From the NCBI RefSeq assembly GCF_003334315.1, contig NZ_QOWR01000020.1: 64,000 nucleotides of DNA. One strand, given 5' to 3'. Numbering within the stretch: position 1 is the stretch's first letter; the number at the start of each line of letters is the position of its first letter. Source of the DNA: Escherichia coli (lineage in GTDB: Bacteria > Pseudomonadota > Gammaproteobacteria > Enterobacterales > Enterobacteriaceae). A program made the position numbers and the translations under genes. The notes beneath the pieces were generated by a model, which searched no databases, had not been told where the DNA came from, and worked only from the letters and a program-made list of their open reading frames with translations. This document shows, in pieces, positions 26,258-41,209 of the stretch.

Positions 26258-27418
26258 ATGACGCGTAAACAGGCCACCATCGCAGTGCGTAGCGGGTTAA
26301 ATGACGACGAACAGTATGGTTGCGTTGTCCCACCGATCCATCTTTCCAGCACCTATAACTTTACCGGATTTAATGAACCGCGCGCGCATGATTACTCGCG
26401 TCGCGGCAACCCAACGCGCGATGTGGTTCAGCGTGCGCTGGCAGAACTGGAAGGTGGTGCTGGTGCAGTACTTACTAATACCGGCATGTCCGCGATTCAC
26501 CTGGTAACGACCGTCTTTTTGAAACCTGGCGATCTGCTGGTTGCGCCGCACGACTGCTACGGCGGTAGCTATCGCCTGTTCGACAGTCTGGCGAAACGCG
26601 GTTGCTATCGCGTGTTGTTTGTTGATCAAGGCGATGAACAGGCAATACGGGCAGCGCTGGCAGAAAAACCCAAACTGGTACTGGTAGAAAGCCCAAGTAA
26701 TCCATTGTTACGCGTCGTGGATATTGCGAAAATCTGCCATCTGGCAAGGGAAGTCGGGGCGGTGAGCGTGGTGGATAACACCTTCTTAAGCCCGGCATTA
26801 CAAAATCCGCTGGCATTAGGTGCCGATCTGGTGTTGCATTCATGCACGAAATATCTGAACGGTCACTCAGACGTAGTGGCCGGCGTGGTGATTGCTAAAG
26901 ACCCGGACGTTGTCACTGAACTGGCCTGGTGGGCAAACAATATTGGCGTGACGGGCGGCGCGTTTGACAGCTATCTGCTGCTACGTGGGTTGCGAACGCT
27001 GGTGCCGCGTATGGAGCTGGCGCAGCGCAACGCGCAGGCGATTGTGAAATACCTGCAAACCCAGCCGTTGGTGAAAAAACTGTATCACCCGTCGTTGCCG
27101 GAAAATCAGGGGCATGAAATTGCCGCGCGCCAGCAAAAAGGCTTTGGCGCAATGTTGAGTTTTGAACTGGATGGCGATGAGCAGACGCTGCGTCGTTTCC
27201 TGGGCGGGCTGTCGTTGTTTACGCTGGCGGAATCATTAGGGGGAGTGGAAAGTTTAATCTCTCACGCCGCAACCATGACACATGCAGGCATGGCACCAGA
27301 AGCGCGTGCTGCCGCCGGGATCTCCGAGACGCTGCTGCGTATCTCCACCGGTATTGAAGATGGCGAAGATTTAATTGCCGACCTGGAAAATGGCTTCCGG
27401 GCTGCAAACAAGGGGTAA
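26258..27418 (+). CDS. metB: Cystathionine gamma-synthase (386 aa)
   Basis: Start trimmed to MTRKQATIAVRSGLNDDEQYG; PLP-dependent Cys/Met-metabolism fold. Confidence 0.96.
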   Translation: MTRKQATIAVRSGLNDDEQYGCVVPPIHLSSTYNFTGFNEPRAHDYSRRGNPTRDVVQRALAELEGGAGAVLTNTGMSAIHLVTTVFLKPGDLLVAPHDCYGGSYRLFDSLAKRGCYRVLFVDQGDEQAIRAALAEKPKLVLVESPSNPLLRVVDIAKICHLAREVGAVSVVDNTFLSPALQNPLALGADLVLHSCTKYLNGHSDVVAGVVIAKDPDVVTELAWWANNIGVTGGAFDSYLLLRGLRTLVPRMELAQRNAQAIVKYLQTQPLVKKLYHPSLPENQGHEIAARQQKGFGAMLSFELDGDEQTLRRFLGGLSLFTLAESLGGVESLISHAATMTHAGMAPEARAAAGISETLLRISTGIEDGEDLIADLENGFRAANKG

Positions 27419-27420
27419 AA

Positions 27421-29853
27421 ATGAGTGTGATTGCGCAGGCAGGGGCGAAAGGTCGTCAGCTGCATAAATTTGGTGGCAGTAGTCTGGCTGATGTGAAGTG
27501 TTATTTGCGTGTCGCGGGCATTATGGCGGAGTACTCTCAGCCTGACGATATGATGGTGGTTTCCGCCGCCGGTTGCACCACTAACCAGTTGATTAACTGG
27601 TTGAAACTAAGCCAGACCGATCGTCTCTCTGCGCATCAGGTTCAACAAACGCTGCGTCGCTATCAGTGCGATCTGATTAGCGGTCTGCTACCCGCTGAAG
27701 AAGCCGATAGCCTCATTAGCGCTTTTGTCAGCGATCTGGAACGCCTGGCGGCGTTGCTCGACAGTGGTATTAACGATGCGGTGTATGCGGAAGTGGTGGG
27801 CCACGGTGAAGTGTGGTCGGCGCGCCTGATGTCTGCGGTACTTAATCAACAAGGGCTGCCAGCGGCCTGGCTTGATGCCCGCGAGTTTTTACGCGCTGAA
27901 CGCGCCGCACAACCGCAGGTTGATGAAGGGCTTTCTTACCCGTTGCTGCAACAGCTGCTGGTGCAACATCCGGGCAAACGTCTGGTGGTGACCGGATTTA
28001 TCAGCCGCAACAACGCCGGTGAAACGGTGCTGCTGGGGCGTAACGGTTCCGACTATTCCGCGACACAAATCGGTGCGCTGGCGGGTGTTTCTCGCGTAAC
28101 CATCTGGAGCGACGTCGCCGGGGTATACAGTGCCGACCCGCGTAAAGTGAAAGATGCCTGCCTGCTGCCGTTGCTGCGTCTGGATGAGGCCAGCGAACTG
28201 GCGCGCCTGGCGGCTCCCGTTCTTCACGCCCGTACTTTACAGCCGGTTTCTGGCAGCGAAATCGACCTGCAACTGCGCTGTAGCTACACGCCGGATCAAG
28301 GTTCCACGCGCATTGAACGCGTGCTGGCCTCCGGTACTGGTGCGCGTATTGTCACCAGCCACGATGATGTCTGTTTGATTGAGTTTCAGGTGCCCGCCAG
28401 TCAGGATTTCAAACTGGCGCATAAAGAGATCGACCAAATCCTGAAACGCGCGCAGGTACGCCCGCTGGCGGTTGGCGTACATAACGATCGCCAGTTGCTG
28501 CAATTTTGCTACACCTCAGAAGTGGCCGACAGTGCGCTGAAAATCCTCGACGAAGCGGGATTACCTGGCGAACTGCGCCTGCGTCAGGGGCTGGCGCTGG
28601 TGGCGATGGTCGGTGCAGGCGTCACCCGTAACCCGCTGCATTGCCACCGCTTCTGGCAGCAACTGAAAGGCCAGCCGGTCGAATTTACCTGGCAGTCCGA
28701 TGACGGCATCAGCCTGGTGGCAGTACTGCGCACCGGCCCGACCGAAAGCCTGATTCAGGGGCTGCATCAGTCCGTCTTCCGCGCAGAAAAACGCATCGGC
28801 CTGGTATTGTTCGGTAAGGGCAATATCGGTTCCCGTTGGCTGGAACTGTTCGCCCGTGAGCAGAGCACGCTTTCGGCACGTACCGGCTTTGAGTTTGTGC
28901 TGGCAGGTGTGGTGGACAGCCGCCGCAGCCTGTTGAGCTATGACGGGCTGGACGCCAGCCGCGCGTTAGCCTTCTTCAACGATGAAGCGGTTGAGCAGGA
29001 TGAAGAGTCGTTGTTCCTGTGGATGCGCGCCCATCCGTATGATGATTTAGTGGTGCTGGACGTTACCGCCAGCCAGCAGCTTGCTGATCAGTATCTTGAT
29101 TTCGCCAGCCACGGTTTCCACGTTATCAGCGCCAACAAACTGGCGGGAGCCAGCGACAGCAATAAATATCGCCAGATCCACGACGCCTTCGAAAAAACCG
29201 GGCGTCACTGGCTGTACAATGCCACCGTCGGTGCGGGCTTGCCGATCAACCACACCGTGCGCGATCTGATCGACAGCGGCGATACTATTTTGTCGATCAG
29301 CGGGATCTTCTCCGGCACGCTCTCCTGGCTGTTCCTGCAATTCGACGGTAGCGTGCCGTTTACCGAGCTGGTGGATCAGGCGTGGCAGCAGGGCTTAACC
29401 GAACCTGACCCGCGTGACGATCTCTCTGGCAAAGACGTGATGCGCAAGCTGGTGATTCTGGCGCGTGAAGCAGGTTACAACATCGAACCGGATCAGGTAC
29501 GTGTGGAATCGCTGGTGCCTGCTCATTGCGAAGGCGGCAGCATCGACCATTTCTTTGAAAATGGCGATGAACTGAACGAGCAGATGGTGCAACGGCTGGA
29601 AGCGGCCCGCGAAATGGGGCTGGTGCTGCGCTACGTGGCGCGTTTCGATGCCAACGGTAAAGCGCGTGTAGGCGTGGAAGCGGTGCGTGAAGATCATCCG
29701 TTGGCATCACTGCTGCCGTGCGATAACGTCTTTGCCATCGAAAGCCGCTGGTATCGCGATAACCCTCTGGTGATCCGCGGACCTGGCGCTGGGCGCGACG
29801 TCACCGCCGGGGCGATTCAGTCGGATATCAACCGGCTGGCACAGTTGTTGTAA
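27421..29853 (+). CDS. metL: Bifunctional aspartokinase II / homoserine dehydrogenase II (810 aa)
   Basis: Starts 2 bp after the metB stop; N-terminal aspartokinase and C-terminal homoserine dehydrogenase domains. Confidence 0.97.
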   Translation: MSVIAQAGAKGRQLHKFGGSSLADVKCYLRVAGIMAEYSQPDDMMVVSAAGCTTNQLINWLKLSQTDRLSAHQVQQTLRRYQCDLISGLLPAEEADSLISAFVSDLERLAALLDSGINDAVYAEVVGHGEVWSARLMSAVLNQQGLPAAWLDAREFLRAERAAQPQVDEGLSYPLLQQLLVQHPGKRLVVTGFISRNNAGETVLLGRNGSDYSATQIGALAGVSRVTIWSDVAGVYSADPRKVKDACLLPLLRLDEASELARLAAPVLHARTLQPVSGSEIDLQLRCSYTPDQGSTRIERVLASGTGARIVTSHDDVCLIEFQVPASQDFKLAHKEIDQILKRAQVRPLAVGVHNDRQLLQFCYTSEVADSALKILDEAGLPGELRLRQGLALVAMVGAGVTRNPLHCHRFWQQLKGQPVEFTWQSDDGISLVAVLRTGPTESLIQGLHQSVFRAEKRIGLVLFGKGNIGSRWLELFAREQSTLSARTGFEFVLAGVVDSRRSLLSYDGLDASRALAFFNDEAVEQDEESLFLWMRAHPYDDLVVLDVTASQQLADQYLDFASHGFHVISANKLAGASDSNKYRQIHDAFEKTGRHWLYNATVGAGLPINHTVRDLIDSGDTILSISGIFSGTLSWLFLQFDGSVPFTELVDQAWQQGLTEPDPRDDLSGKDVMRKLVILAREAGYNIEPDQVRVESLVPAHCEGGSIDHFFENGDELNEQMVQRLEAAREMGLVLRYVARFDANGKARVGVEAVREDHPLASLLPCDNVFAIESRWYRDNPLVIRGPGAGRDVTAGAIQSDINRLAQLL

Positions 29854-30130
29854 TTTCAGAAATTTAATAATGCCCGGTACTCATGTTTTCGGGTTTATGG
29901 TTTCTAATGAAATATATTGAATTATCATAGGATTAGGCCGGATTAAGCGTTTACGACGAATCCGGCAAGAAGCAATAAGTACATGGTTAGTTTATATTTG
30001 CAGTCCGGTTTGCTTTGCATACCGGATTTTCTTTTTCTTACCATCCTGAAGTTTTTTCATCTTCCCTGATTTTTCCTCACCATCATTGGTCATTTTTCGG
30101 TTGACGCCCTTCGGCTTTTCCTTCATCTTT

Positions 30131-30160
30131 ACATCTGGACGTCTAAACGGATAGATGTGC
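30131..30160. promoter_or_regulatory. met boxes upstream of metF
   Basis: ACATCTGGACGTCTAAACGGATAGATGTGC contains several AGACGTCT-like 8-mers about 45-70 bp upstream of the metF ATG. Confidence 0.55.
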
Positions 30161-30198
30161 ACAACACAACATATAACTACAAGCGATTGATGAGGTAA

Positions 30199-31092
<894 letters not shown>

Positions 31093-31309
31093 ATAGTGTG
31101 GCTTTTGTGAAAATCACACAGTGATCACAAATTTTAAACAGAGCACAAAATGCTGCCTCGAAATGAGGGCGGGAAAATAAGGTTATCAGCCTTGTTTTCT
31201 CCCTCATTACTTGAAGGATATGAAGCTAAAACCCTTTTTTATAAAGCATTTGTCCGAATTCGGACATAATCAAAAAAGCTTAATTAAGATCAATTTGATC
31301 TACATCTCT

Positions 31310-33601
<2,292 letters not shown>

Positions 33602-33609
33602 TCTGACCC

Positions 33610-33650
33610 CGTTCAGCGGCTGCTTGCTGGCAGTCGCTGAACGTTCTTTA
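33610..33650 (+). terminator. Intrinsic terminator downstream of katG
   Basis: CGTTCAGCG...CGCTGAACG stem followed by TTCTTT. Confidence 0.55.
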
Positions 33651-33693
33651 CCAGCGTATAGTGGGCGAACGAAAACTACACACTGGATCTCTC

Positions 33694-34599
33694 ATGTCTG
33701 CCGCAGGAAAGAGCAACCCACTGGCAATCAGTGGCCTGGTTGTGCTCACACTTATCTGGAGTTATAGCTGGATTTTCATGAAGCAAGTCACCAGTTACAT
33801 CGGTGCCTTCGACTTTACCGCCTTACGCTGCATTTTCGGCGCTCTCGTTTTATTCATCGTCCTTTTATTACGTGGTCGCGGAATGCGCCCGACACCGTTT
33901 AAATACACCTTAGCCATTGCCCTGTTACAAACCTGCGGGATGGTTGGTCTGGCGCAGTGGGCGTTGGTCAGCGGAGGTGCGGGGAAGGTGGCGATCCTGA
34001 GCTATACCATGCCGTTCTGGGTGGTGATTTTCGCCGCGTTGTTTCTCGGTGAACGCCTGCGACGTGGGCAATATTTCGCGATTCTGATTGCCGCTTTCGG
34101 CTTATTTTTGGTGTTGCAGCCGTGGCAACTCGATTTCTCTTCGATGAAAAGTGCCATGCTGGCAATCCTCTCCGGCGTCAGTTGGGGGGCGAGCGCGATT
34201 GTTGCTAAACGTCTGTATGCCCGTCATCCGCGCGTGGATTTATTGTCGTTAACATCCTGGCAGATGCTGTATGCGGCGCTGGTGATGAGTGTGGTCGCTT
34301 TACTGGTGCCGCAACGTGAAATTGACTGGCAGCCCACCGTGTTCTGGGCGCTGGCCTACAGTGCGATTCTGGCGACGGCACTGGCGTGGAGCTTATGGTT
34401 GTTTGTATTGAAAAACTTGCCTGCCAGTATTGCCAGCTTAAGCACACTGGCCGTTCCCGTTTGCGGCGTACTCTTTTCCTGGTGGCTGCTCGGCGAGAAT
34501 CCGGGGGCCGTTGAAGGTAGCGGTATTGTGCTGATTGTGCTGGCACTGGCGCTGGTGAGCCGTAAGAAAAAAGAAGCCGTCAGTGTAAAAAGGATCTGA
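33694..34599 (+). CDS. yijE: EamA/DMT-family inner-membrane transporter YijE (301 aa)
   Basis: ORF-track starts at an upstream GTG; ATG gives [26 protein letters not shown]; about 10 TM segments. Confidence 0.88.
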
Positions 34600-34625
34600 A
34601 TTTTTTCTTCATGTGGGGCGATCTC

Positions 34626-35243
34626 TTATTTAACAAAATAACGATAATGCCCCACCATCCGCCAGTTAAACAGCACATCTTCTTCCTGCGCGCCTGCGCC
34701 AATGTTATGTATCACCAGCGGCGTACCGTCGCGGGCGAAGCCATCTGAAACCACCCCAATATGTGCCAGCCCGTTATCCAGTCGCCAGGAGACAATATCG
34801 CCCGCTTGATAGTCACTGGGGTTCTTGCTGGTGGGGCGTGTTTTATCATGGCGGCTAAACCAGGTTTCCAGATTAGGCACCCGACGGTGATCGATGTTGC
34901 TGTCCGGGCGCTTTAACTTCCATTTTTGCGGGTACTCAGCAAAATTCTTCGCCATATCTTCGTGAACCAGTTTCTGCAAATCGACCTTCTGGCTGCGCAA
35001 TGCGCGGATCACCACATCGGAACATACACCGCGTTCTTGCGGAACATCACCGCCAGGATAAGTAAGCTGCACATACGCCGGATCGTAAAATAGCGTGCTG
35101 CCAATTTGCTGTCTGGCACCGTCTGCGATGGCAAGGTTGGTATTGGCCTGGATTTGTACCACGGTTGGTGGAACGGCGGGAGATTTTAAGGAGTGGCTGG
35201 TAAATGCCGTTAGCAGGCTGAGCAGCGCCAGTGAAGCTTTCAT
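34626..35243 (-). CDS. yijF: Uncharacterized periplasmic protein YijF (DUF1287), 205 aa
   Basis: Signal peptide MKASLALLSLLTAFTSHS; synteny. Confidence 0.88.
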   Translation of the reverse strand: MKASLALLSLLTAFTSHSLKSPAVPPTVVQIQANTNLAIADGARQQIGSTLFYDPAYVQLTYPGGDVPQERGVCSDVVIRALRSQKVDLQKLVHEDMAKNFAEYPQKWKLKRPDSNIDHRRVPNLETWFSRHDKTRPTSKNPSDYQAGDIVSWRLDNGLAHIGVVSDGFARDGTPLVIHNIGAGAQEEDVLFNWRMVGHYRYFVK

Positions 35244-35374
35244 CTGGTTCGTCCGTGAAAATAAGAGTCACAGATTCGACCTTCCGGGCTAACGATTGTT
35301 CTGTAGAGAAAATGTCCAGAAGCGGATAAAAAATTCCTGAACAACGTGGGAGTTTCAGATTACTGGCACAGAGT

Positions 35375-35472
35375 GCCGGATGCGGAGTGAACGCCTTATC
35401 CGGCCTACAAAAGCACGCAAATTCAATATATTGCAGAGATTGCGTAGGCCTGATAAGCGTAGCGCATCAGGC
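35375..35472. repeat. BIME-like unit (REP - spacer - inverted REP)
   Basis: GCCGGATGCGGAGTGAACGCCTTATCCGGCCTAC ... CAAATTCAATA ... GTAGGCCTGATAAGCGTAGCGCATCAGGC; paralogous to 25538-25635. Confidence 0.75.
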
Positions 35473-35517
35473 AATTTTGCGTTCAAACTCCCGGACAAGC
35501 CGGGAGTTTGGAGTAGG

Positions 35518-36621
35518 TTATTCCCACTCTTGCAGGAAACGCTGACCGTACTGGTCGGCTACCAGCAGAGCGGCGTAAACCTGATCTGGCGTCGCGCCGC
35601 CAGGCATGTTGTGAATGGTTTCACCTTCTGCACATGCCGCTTCTGCCACAATTCGCATTTTCGCCGGGACATCTTCTTTAATATCCAGTTGAGCGAGAGT
35701 TATTGGCAAACCTACCGCATGGCTAAGGGCAGCTACGGTTTCGATTTCCTCCACCGGCGCATTTTCCAGAACCAGCTGCGTCAGCGTACCGAATGCCACT
35801 TTTTCACCGTGATAATAGTGATGCGCGTCCGGGATAGCGGTCAGGCCGTTATGCACTGCGTGCGCCGCAGCCAGACCACCACTTTCAAAACCAACACCGC
35901 TCAAATAGGTGTTCGCTTCAATCACGCGCTCCAGCGCCGGAGTCACTACATGCTGTTCGGCAGCAAGCATCGCTTTTTCGCCTTCTTCCAGCAGGGTGTT
36001 GTAGCACAGTTCAGCCAGTGCCAGCGCAGCCTGGGTGCACTTGCCGCCCGCCATGGTGGTCGCGCCGCTACGAGAGCAGGCACGCGCTTCAAACCAGGTT
36101 GCCAGCGCATCGCCGATACCCGCCGCTAACAGACGTGCAGGTGCGCCAGCGACGATTTTGGTGTCGACAATGACCATATTCGGGTTATTTGGCAACAGCA
36201 GATAGCGGTCAAACTCACCCTCATCGGTGTAGATAACAGACAATGCGCTGCACGGTGCATCGGTAGAGGCGATAGTCGGTGCGATCGCTACCGGAACACC
36301 CATGAAATGTGCCAGTGCTTTGGCAGTATCGAGGGTTTTTCCGCCACCGATACCGAGAATTGCGCCACACTGCGCAGTCTCCGCGATGCCACGCAGACGG
36401 TCGATCTCATTTTGCGAACATTCACCGCCAAACGGCGCAATTTCTACTACCAGTCCAGCATCTTTAAAGCTTTTCTCGACAGTGGATTGAGCAAAACCTA
36501 AAACAAATTTGTCACCCACCACTAACCAGCGTTCTGCCAGCGGCTTCAGGTATTCGCCCAGACGATTAATCACATCAGCGCCCTGGATGTATTTACCCGG
36601 TGATTGAATAATGCGGTCCAT
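35518..36621 (-). CDS. gldA: Glycerol dehydrogenase (367 aa)
   Basis: Start trimmed to [24 protein letters not shown]; iron-containing ADH family ([10 protein letters not shown]). Confidence 0.95.
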
Positions 36622-36631
36622 AATTGCTCCT

Positions 36632-37294
36632 TTAGAGATGAGTAGTGCCAAATGCGGCATTCCAGTCGTGTTCGAACTTCTCTATAGCTGACTCTACCGC
36701 AGGGGTGTTGAGCATTTGTTGCGCTACATCTAAGGGCAGGGTGATGGATTCACATCCTGCCAGTAAACAGTCCAGCGCCTGACGCGGCGTTTTAAAGCTG
36801 GCCGCCAGCACCATGCTTTCTGGCGCGTGCATTTCTAACAGCGTTTGCAGCTCCTGAACCGTACGAATGCCGTCCCCGCCCTGGGCATCTACGCGGTTAA
36901 CATACGCAGCAACGTATTTTGCCCCTGCCAGTGCGGCTAATAACCCTTGTGCGGCGCTATATACAGCGGTGCCAAGTGTAGTAATACCCTCTTTTTTCAG
37001 CAACTTAATGGCGGCCAGACCTTCGGAAGTCACCGGGATTTTCACCACAATGCCCGGAATGGCGTCGCGCAGGCGCTTCGCTTCTTCCACCATACCCTGC
37101 GCGTCACGACTCATAGTCTGAGCAAACAGAATGCCCTCATCACCAATCGCTTTTTGCAGACGCGGCAGCACTTCCCAGATGGACTCCTTGCTGGCAGCGA
37201 TAATGCTCGGGTTAGTTGTCACCCCGGCAATGGGGAATATGCGTGCCAGACGTTCGACTTCTGCGACGTTAGCGGTGTCCAGATACAGTTCCAT
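36632..37294 (-). CDS. fsaB: Fructose-6-phosphate aldolase 2 (220 aa)
   Basis: [32 protein letters not shown] transaldolase-like TIM barrel. Confidence 0.95.
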
Positions 37295-37305
37295 GATGTT
37301 TCCTT

Positions 37306-39807
37306 TTACAGTTCCAGTTCATGTTGCAGCAGGCTGGCGATAGCGTCGGCAGAGGCGGCGTTAACCAGCGCGTTACGGAATTCTTCGTGCATGATGCGGC
37401 GAGCGAGGCGCGAGAAAATGCGCATATGCTGATCGCCCGCAGCGTGTTTGTTCAGGGTTAACATAATGATGAATTGCGCTTCATCATCGCCCCAGCGCAC
37501 CGGCGCTTGCAGACGCGCTACGCTGATGGTGGATTGCTCAATGTGTTCTGATTTGCTGTGGGGAATGGCAAAACTAAAGCCCAGACCGGTAGAGAAAACG
37601 GCCTCGCGCGCCCATAAGTCGGCTTCCAGTTTACGCGGATAGCGGCAGCGGCCCGCCAGCAGCAGGTTATCGGTCATGCCTTTGAGCACTTCTTCTTTGC
37701 TGCGCCAGTCACTTTCCAGCGTGATGCACTCGGCGGTGACCAGCGGTGCGTCCTGTTGGGTCATGCGGAATTGCGCCAGCAGATGTTCCACTTCCAGCGA
37801 AGTACGGCAGGCCATTGCCTGGTTGAGCAACTGGCGGCACTCACGGCTATCAAGTTGCGCCATTCGCGCTTTCGCCGCCGGAATTGACGGTGCGCTCATG
37901 CTGAGTTCATCCAGCCCTAAACCGACCAGCAACGGCAGCACGGAACCTTTCGCTCCCAGCTCACCGCACAGACCAATCCATTTGCCCTGGCGATGCACCG
38001 CCTGCACGGCGTAATCGAGCGCCCGCAAGAATGCCGGATTCAGGCTGTTGTAGTGACGAGTAACCTTAGCGTTATCGCGATCCACCGCCAGCAGATATTG
38101 CGTCAGGTCATTACTACCAATACTAAAGAAATCAATCTCTTCGCAGCATTGATCGATGATGAACATCACCGACGGCACTTCCAGCATAATGCCGAGCTGG
38201 ATCTTCTCATCAAACGGAATGTGTTCGTTACGCAGTTGCTGTTTGGCTTCCGCCAGTTTTTCTTTCACCCATAAGATCTCTTCCATTGAGGAGATCATCG
38301 GGATCATGATTTTCAGGCTGCCGTGAGCAGAGGCGCGCAGGATTGACCGTAGTTGTGTGGTAAACAACGACGCGTATTCTTCATAAATACGCACCGCGCG
38401 ATAACCGAGGAACGGGTTAGCTTCTGCCGGAATGTTCAGATAATCAACGGGTTTATCACCGCCAATGTCCATAGTGCGCACAATAATGCTGCGTCCGTTG
38501 GCAGACTCCAGCGCCTGACAAAAAATGTTGTACAGCTCGCTTTCACCCGGTGCACTGGTGCGATCCATATAGAGCATTTCAGTGCGGAACAAACCAACGC
38601 CTTCCGCACCATTGCCGAATGCGGCCTGCGCTTCCACGGAGTGAGCGATGTTAGCGGCAATTTCAATACGGATACCGTCAGCGGTACGGGCTTGTTGGGT
38701 CAGCCAGACACGCTGTTGCTCACGAAGGGCGTCCTGTACGCGGGCTTCTTGCTGATAATAACGAGCTACGGCTTCCCCTGGCTCAACCACAATCGCCCTA
38801 GCGTTGCCGTCGATATAAATCGTTTGATGCTGCCACGGAGTGAGGGCATCAATATCCACACCAACCAGTGTCGGAATGTTGAACGAACGGGCAAGGATCA
38901 CCGTATGTGAGGTGGTGCCGCCGCTTTTGAGCAACAATCCTTTGAGGTGATTTTTATCCAGTTCGAGGAACTGGCTGGGGGTCAGTTCATCAGCCATACA
39001 AATGGCGGGCTGCGTCAGTTTTCCCGGTGCCGGGAAGCGTTGCTCACCGTAGATTTGCTGGAGTAACTGGAAGCAGACGTCGCGTACGTCCAGGGCACGT
39101 TCTTGCAGGTAGCTGCTGCTGGAACGGGAAAACTCTTCGCAAAAGTGATTCGCGCTGGCAACAATTGCTTCGGCGCAGCTTAATCCGGCGCTGACGCCTG
39201 CCAGTAAATGTTCGCGCAGGGAAGTATCGCCAGCCAGGGATCGGTGAGCTTCCAGAATCGCGCTGGTAGCACCGTCGCTATCCAGCAGACGAAACTCAAT
39301 GTTTTTCAGTACCAGCGTCAGGCCGTTTTCCAGTGCGGATTGCTCGGCGTCAACGCCTTTGGCTGCGGGAAGATTACCCAGCGCATTGAGATCTAAAGAA
39401 GAGATCGGCGTCAGAATGCCGCCTGCACTACCGCTGCACACGGTGCGGGCGCGGATAATTTGCGGATTCAGATTGGTCAGTGAAACCGGCAGTGGTTCCA
39501 GTTCGTCAGATTTAACTTCCGCCAGCGGCGCATCGCAGTGGGGGAATTCATCGCGCAGCCATTGGCTTAAACGCTGGTGCGCTTCCTGTTCGTCGGCCCC
39601 GGAAATCAGTAACTGGCAGTTATCGCCCGCCAGCGTATCGGTGCCAATCAGCGCAAGGGCGCTTTTGGCGTTGCCCTTGCGGTCAGTGCGCAGGTTATGC
39701 CACTCAATTTGTGATGAAAAAGTATTACACAGCGTTTCAACGTGGCTTGCCGGACGCGCATGTACGCCGTTAGGTAGCTCACAAATAAATTCCACAATCA
39801 GGGCCAT
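37306..39807 (-). CDS. ptsA: Multidomain PTS protein: HPr-like / Enzyme I-like / EIIA(Fru-type) (833 aa)
   Basis: N-terminal HPr-like segment (GVHARPAS), central PEP-utilizing Enzyme I domain, C-terminal EIIA type-2 domain. Confidence 0.93.
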   Translation of the reverse strand: MALIVEFICELPNGVHARPASHVETLCNTFSSQIEWHNLRTDRKGNAKSALALIGTDTLAGDNCQLLISGADEQEAHQRLSQWLRDEFPHCDAPLAEVKSDELEPLPVSLTNLNPQIIRARTVCSGSAGGILTPISSLDLNALGNLPAAKGVDAEQSALENGLTLVLKNIEFRLLDSDGATSAILEAHRSLAGDTSLREHLLAGVSAGLSCAEAIVASANHFCEEFSRSSSSYLQERALDVRDVCFQLLQQIYGEQRFPAPGKLTQPAICMADELTPSQFLELDKNHLKGLLLKSGGTTSHTVILARSFNIPTLVGVDIDALTPWQHQTIYIDGNARAIVVEPGEAVARYYQQEARVQDALREQQRVWLTQQARTADGIRIEIAANIAHSVEAQAAFGNGAEGVGLFRTEMLYMDRTSAPGESELYNIFCQALESANGRSIIVRTMDIGGDKPVDYLNIPAEANPFLGYRAVRIYEEYASLFTTQLRSILRASAHGSLKIMIPMISSMEEILWVKEKLAEAKQQLRNEHIPFDEKIQLGIMLEVPSVMFIIDQCCEEIDFFSIGSNDLTQYLLAVDRDNAKVTRHYNSLNPAFLRALDYAVQAVHRQGKWIGLCGELGAKGSVLPLLVGLGLDELSMSAPSIPAAKARMAQLDSRECRQLLNQAMACRTSLEVEHLLAQFRMTQQDAPLVTAECITLESDWRSKEEVLKGMTDNLLLAGRCRYPRKLEADLWAREAVFSTGLGFSFAIPHSKSEHIEQSTISVARLQAPVRWGDDEAQFIIMLTLNKHAAGDQHMRIFSRLARRIMHEEFRNALVNAASADAIASLLQHELEL

Positions 39808-40115
39808 TGCCTCTCTCCCGGTACGGTTTTCTGTTTACAGGATAAGAGCGCACGGCAACGGCCTGCCATGTGACAAATCTGCCAAAAGCTGGACAAATGT
39901 AATGTAACCGTCAATTTGCGACGCGTCTCACAAGACGCTGTTTTGCGGCATGCTTCCGGTTTATCGCAAGTTATGAGGCGGATCGCATTTTTGTACTGAT
40001 ATTACAAAAGTCCAGTAAATGGCCTTTTTATCCACTGTTTGCTCCGCCTGCGATTGCCTATTGTTTCCTCCATCAAAAATATGGACATGGGCTTTCGCAA
40101 GCCCGGGAGCAGCTT

Positions 40116-41195
40116 ATGAATGAGTTGGTGCAGATCCTGAAAAATACCCGTCAGCATTTAATGACGGGCGTTTCACACATGATTCCCTTCGTGGTATCGG
40201 GCGGTATTTTGCTGGCGGTTTCCGTCATGTTGTATGGCAAAGGCGCAGTGCCGGATGCCGTAGCCGATCCAAATCTGAAAAAACTGTTTGATATCGGCGT
40301 TGCGGGCTTGACGCTGATGGTGCCTTTCCTCGCAGCGTACATCGGTTATTCCATTGCAGAGCGTTCTGCGCTGGCTCCGTGCGCTATCGGTGCCTGGGTT
40401 GGTAACAGCTTTGGTGCGGGCTTCTTTGGTGCACTGATCGCCGGGATTATCGGCGGCATCGTGGTGCATTACCTGAAGAAAATTCCGGTGCATAAAGTTC
40501 TGCGCTCGGTGATGCCTATCTTCATTATTCCTATCGTCGGCACACTGATTACCGCAGGCATCATGATGTGGGGCTTGGGCGAGCCTGTAGGGGCGTTGAC
40601 CAACAGCCTGACTCAGTGGCTTCAGGGGATGCAGCAGGGCAGCATTGTTATGCTGGCGGTGATCATGGGTCTGATGCTGGCGTTCGATATGGGCGGTCCG
40701 GTTAACAAAGTGGCCTATGCCTTCATGCTGATTTGCGTTGCTCAGGGTGTTTATACCGTGGTGGCCATCGCTGCCGTGGGTATTTGTATCCCGCCGCTGG
40801 GGATGGGGCTGGCGACGCTGATTGGTCGTAAAAATTTCTCCGCAGAAGAGCGCGAAACCGGCAAAGCGGCACTGGTGATGGGCTGTGTTGGCGTTACTGA
40901 AGGGGCGATTCCTTTCGCCGCTGCCGATCCGCTGCGTGTCATTCCTTCCATCATGGTCGGTTCAGTTTGTGGTGCAGTAACTGCGGCGCTGGTCGGTGCG
41001 CAGTGCTATGCAGGCTGGGGTGGTCTGATTGTGCTGCCGGTGGTTGAAGGCAAGCTGGGTTATATCGCAGCAGTGGCTGTCGGAGCAGTGGTGACGGCTG
41101 TTTGTGTGAACGTGCTGAAAAGTCTGGCGCGTAAAAATGGGTCTTCGACTGATGAAAAAGAAGACGACCTGGATTTGGATTTTGAAATTAATTAA
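40116..41195 (+). CDS. frwC: PTS fructose-like EIIC permease (359 aa)
   Basis: Polytopic membrane ORF, acidic C-terminus; divergent from ptsA. Confidence 0.93.
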   Translation: MNELVQILKNTRQHLMTGVSHMIPFVVSGGILLAVSVMLYGKGAVPDAVADPNLKKLFDIGVAGLTLMVPFLAAYIGYSIAERSALAPCAIGAWVGNSFGAGFFGALIAGIIGGIVVHYLKKIPVHKVLRSVMPIFIIPIVGTLITAGIMMWGLGEPVGALTNSLTQWLQGMQQGSIVMLAVIMGLMLAFDMGGPVNKVAYAFMLICVAQGVYTVVAIAAVGICIPPLGMGLATLIGRKNFSAEERETGKAALVMGCVGVTEGAIPFAAADPLRVIPSIMVGSVCGAVTAALVGAQCYAGWGGLIVLPVVEGKLGYIAAVAVGAVVTAVCVNVLKSLARKNGSSTDEKEDDLDLDFEIN

Positions 41196-41209
41196 TTGAG
41201 GAACGAGCC

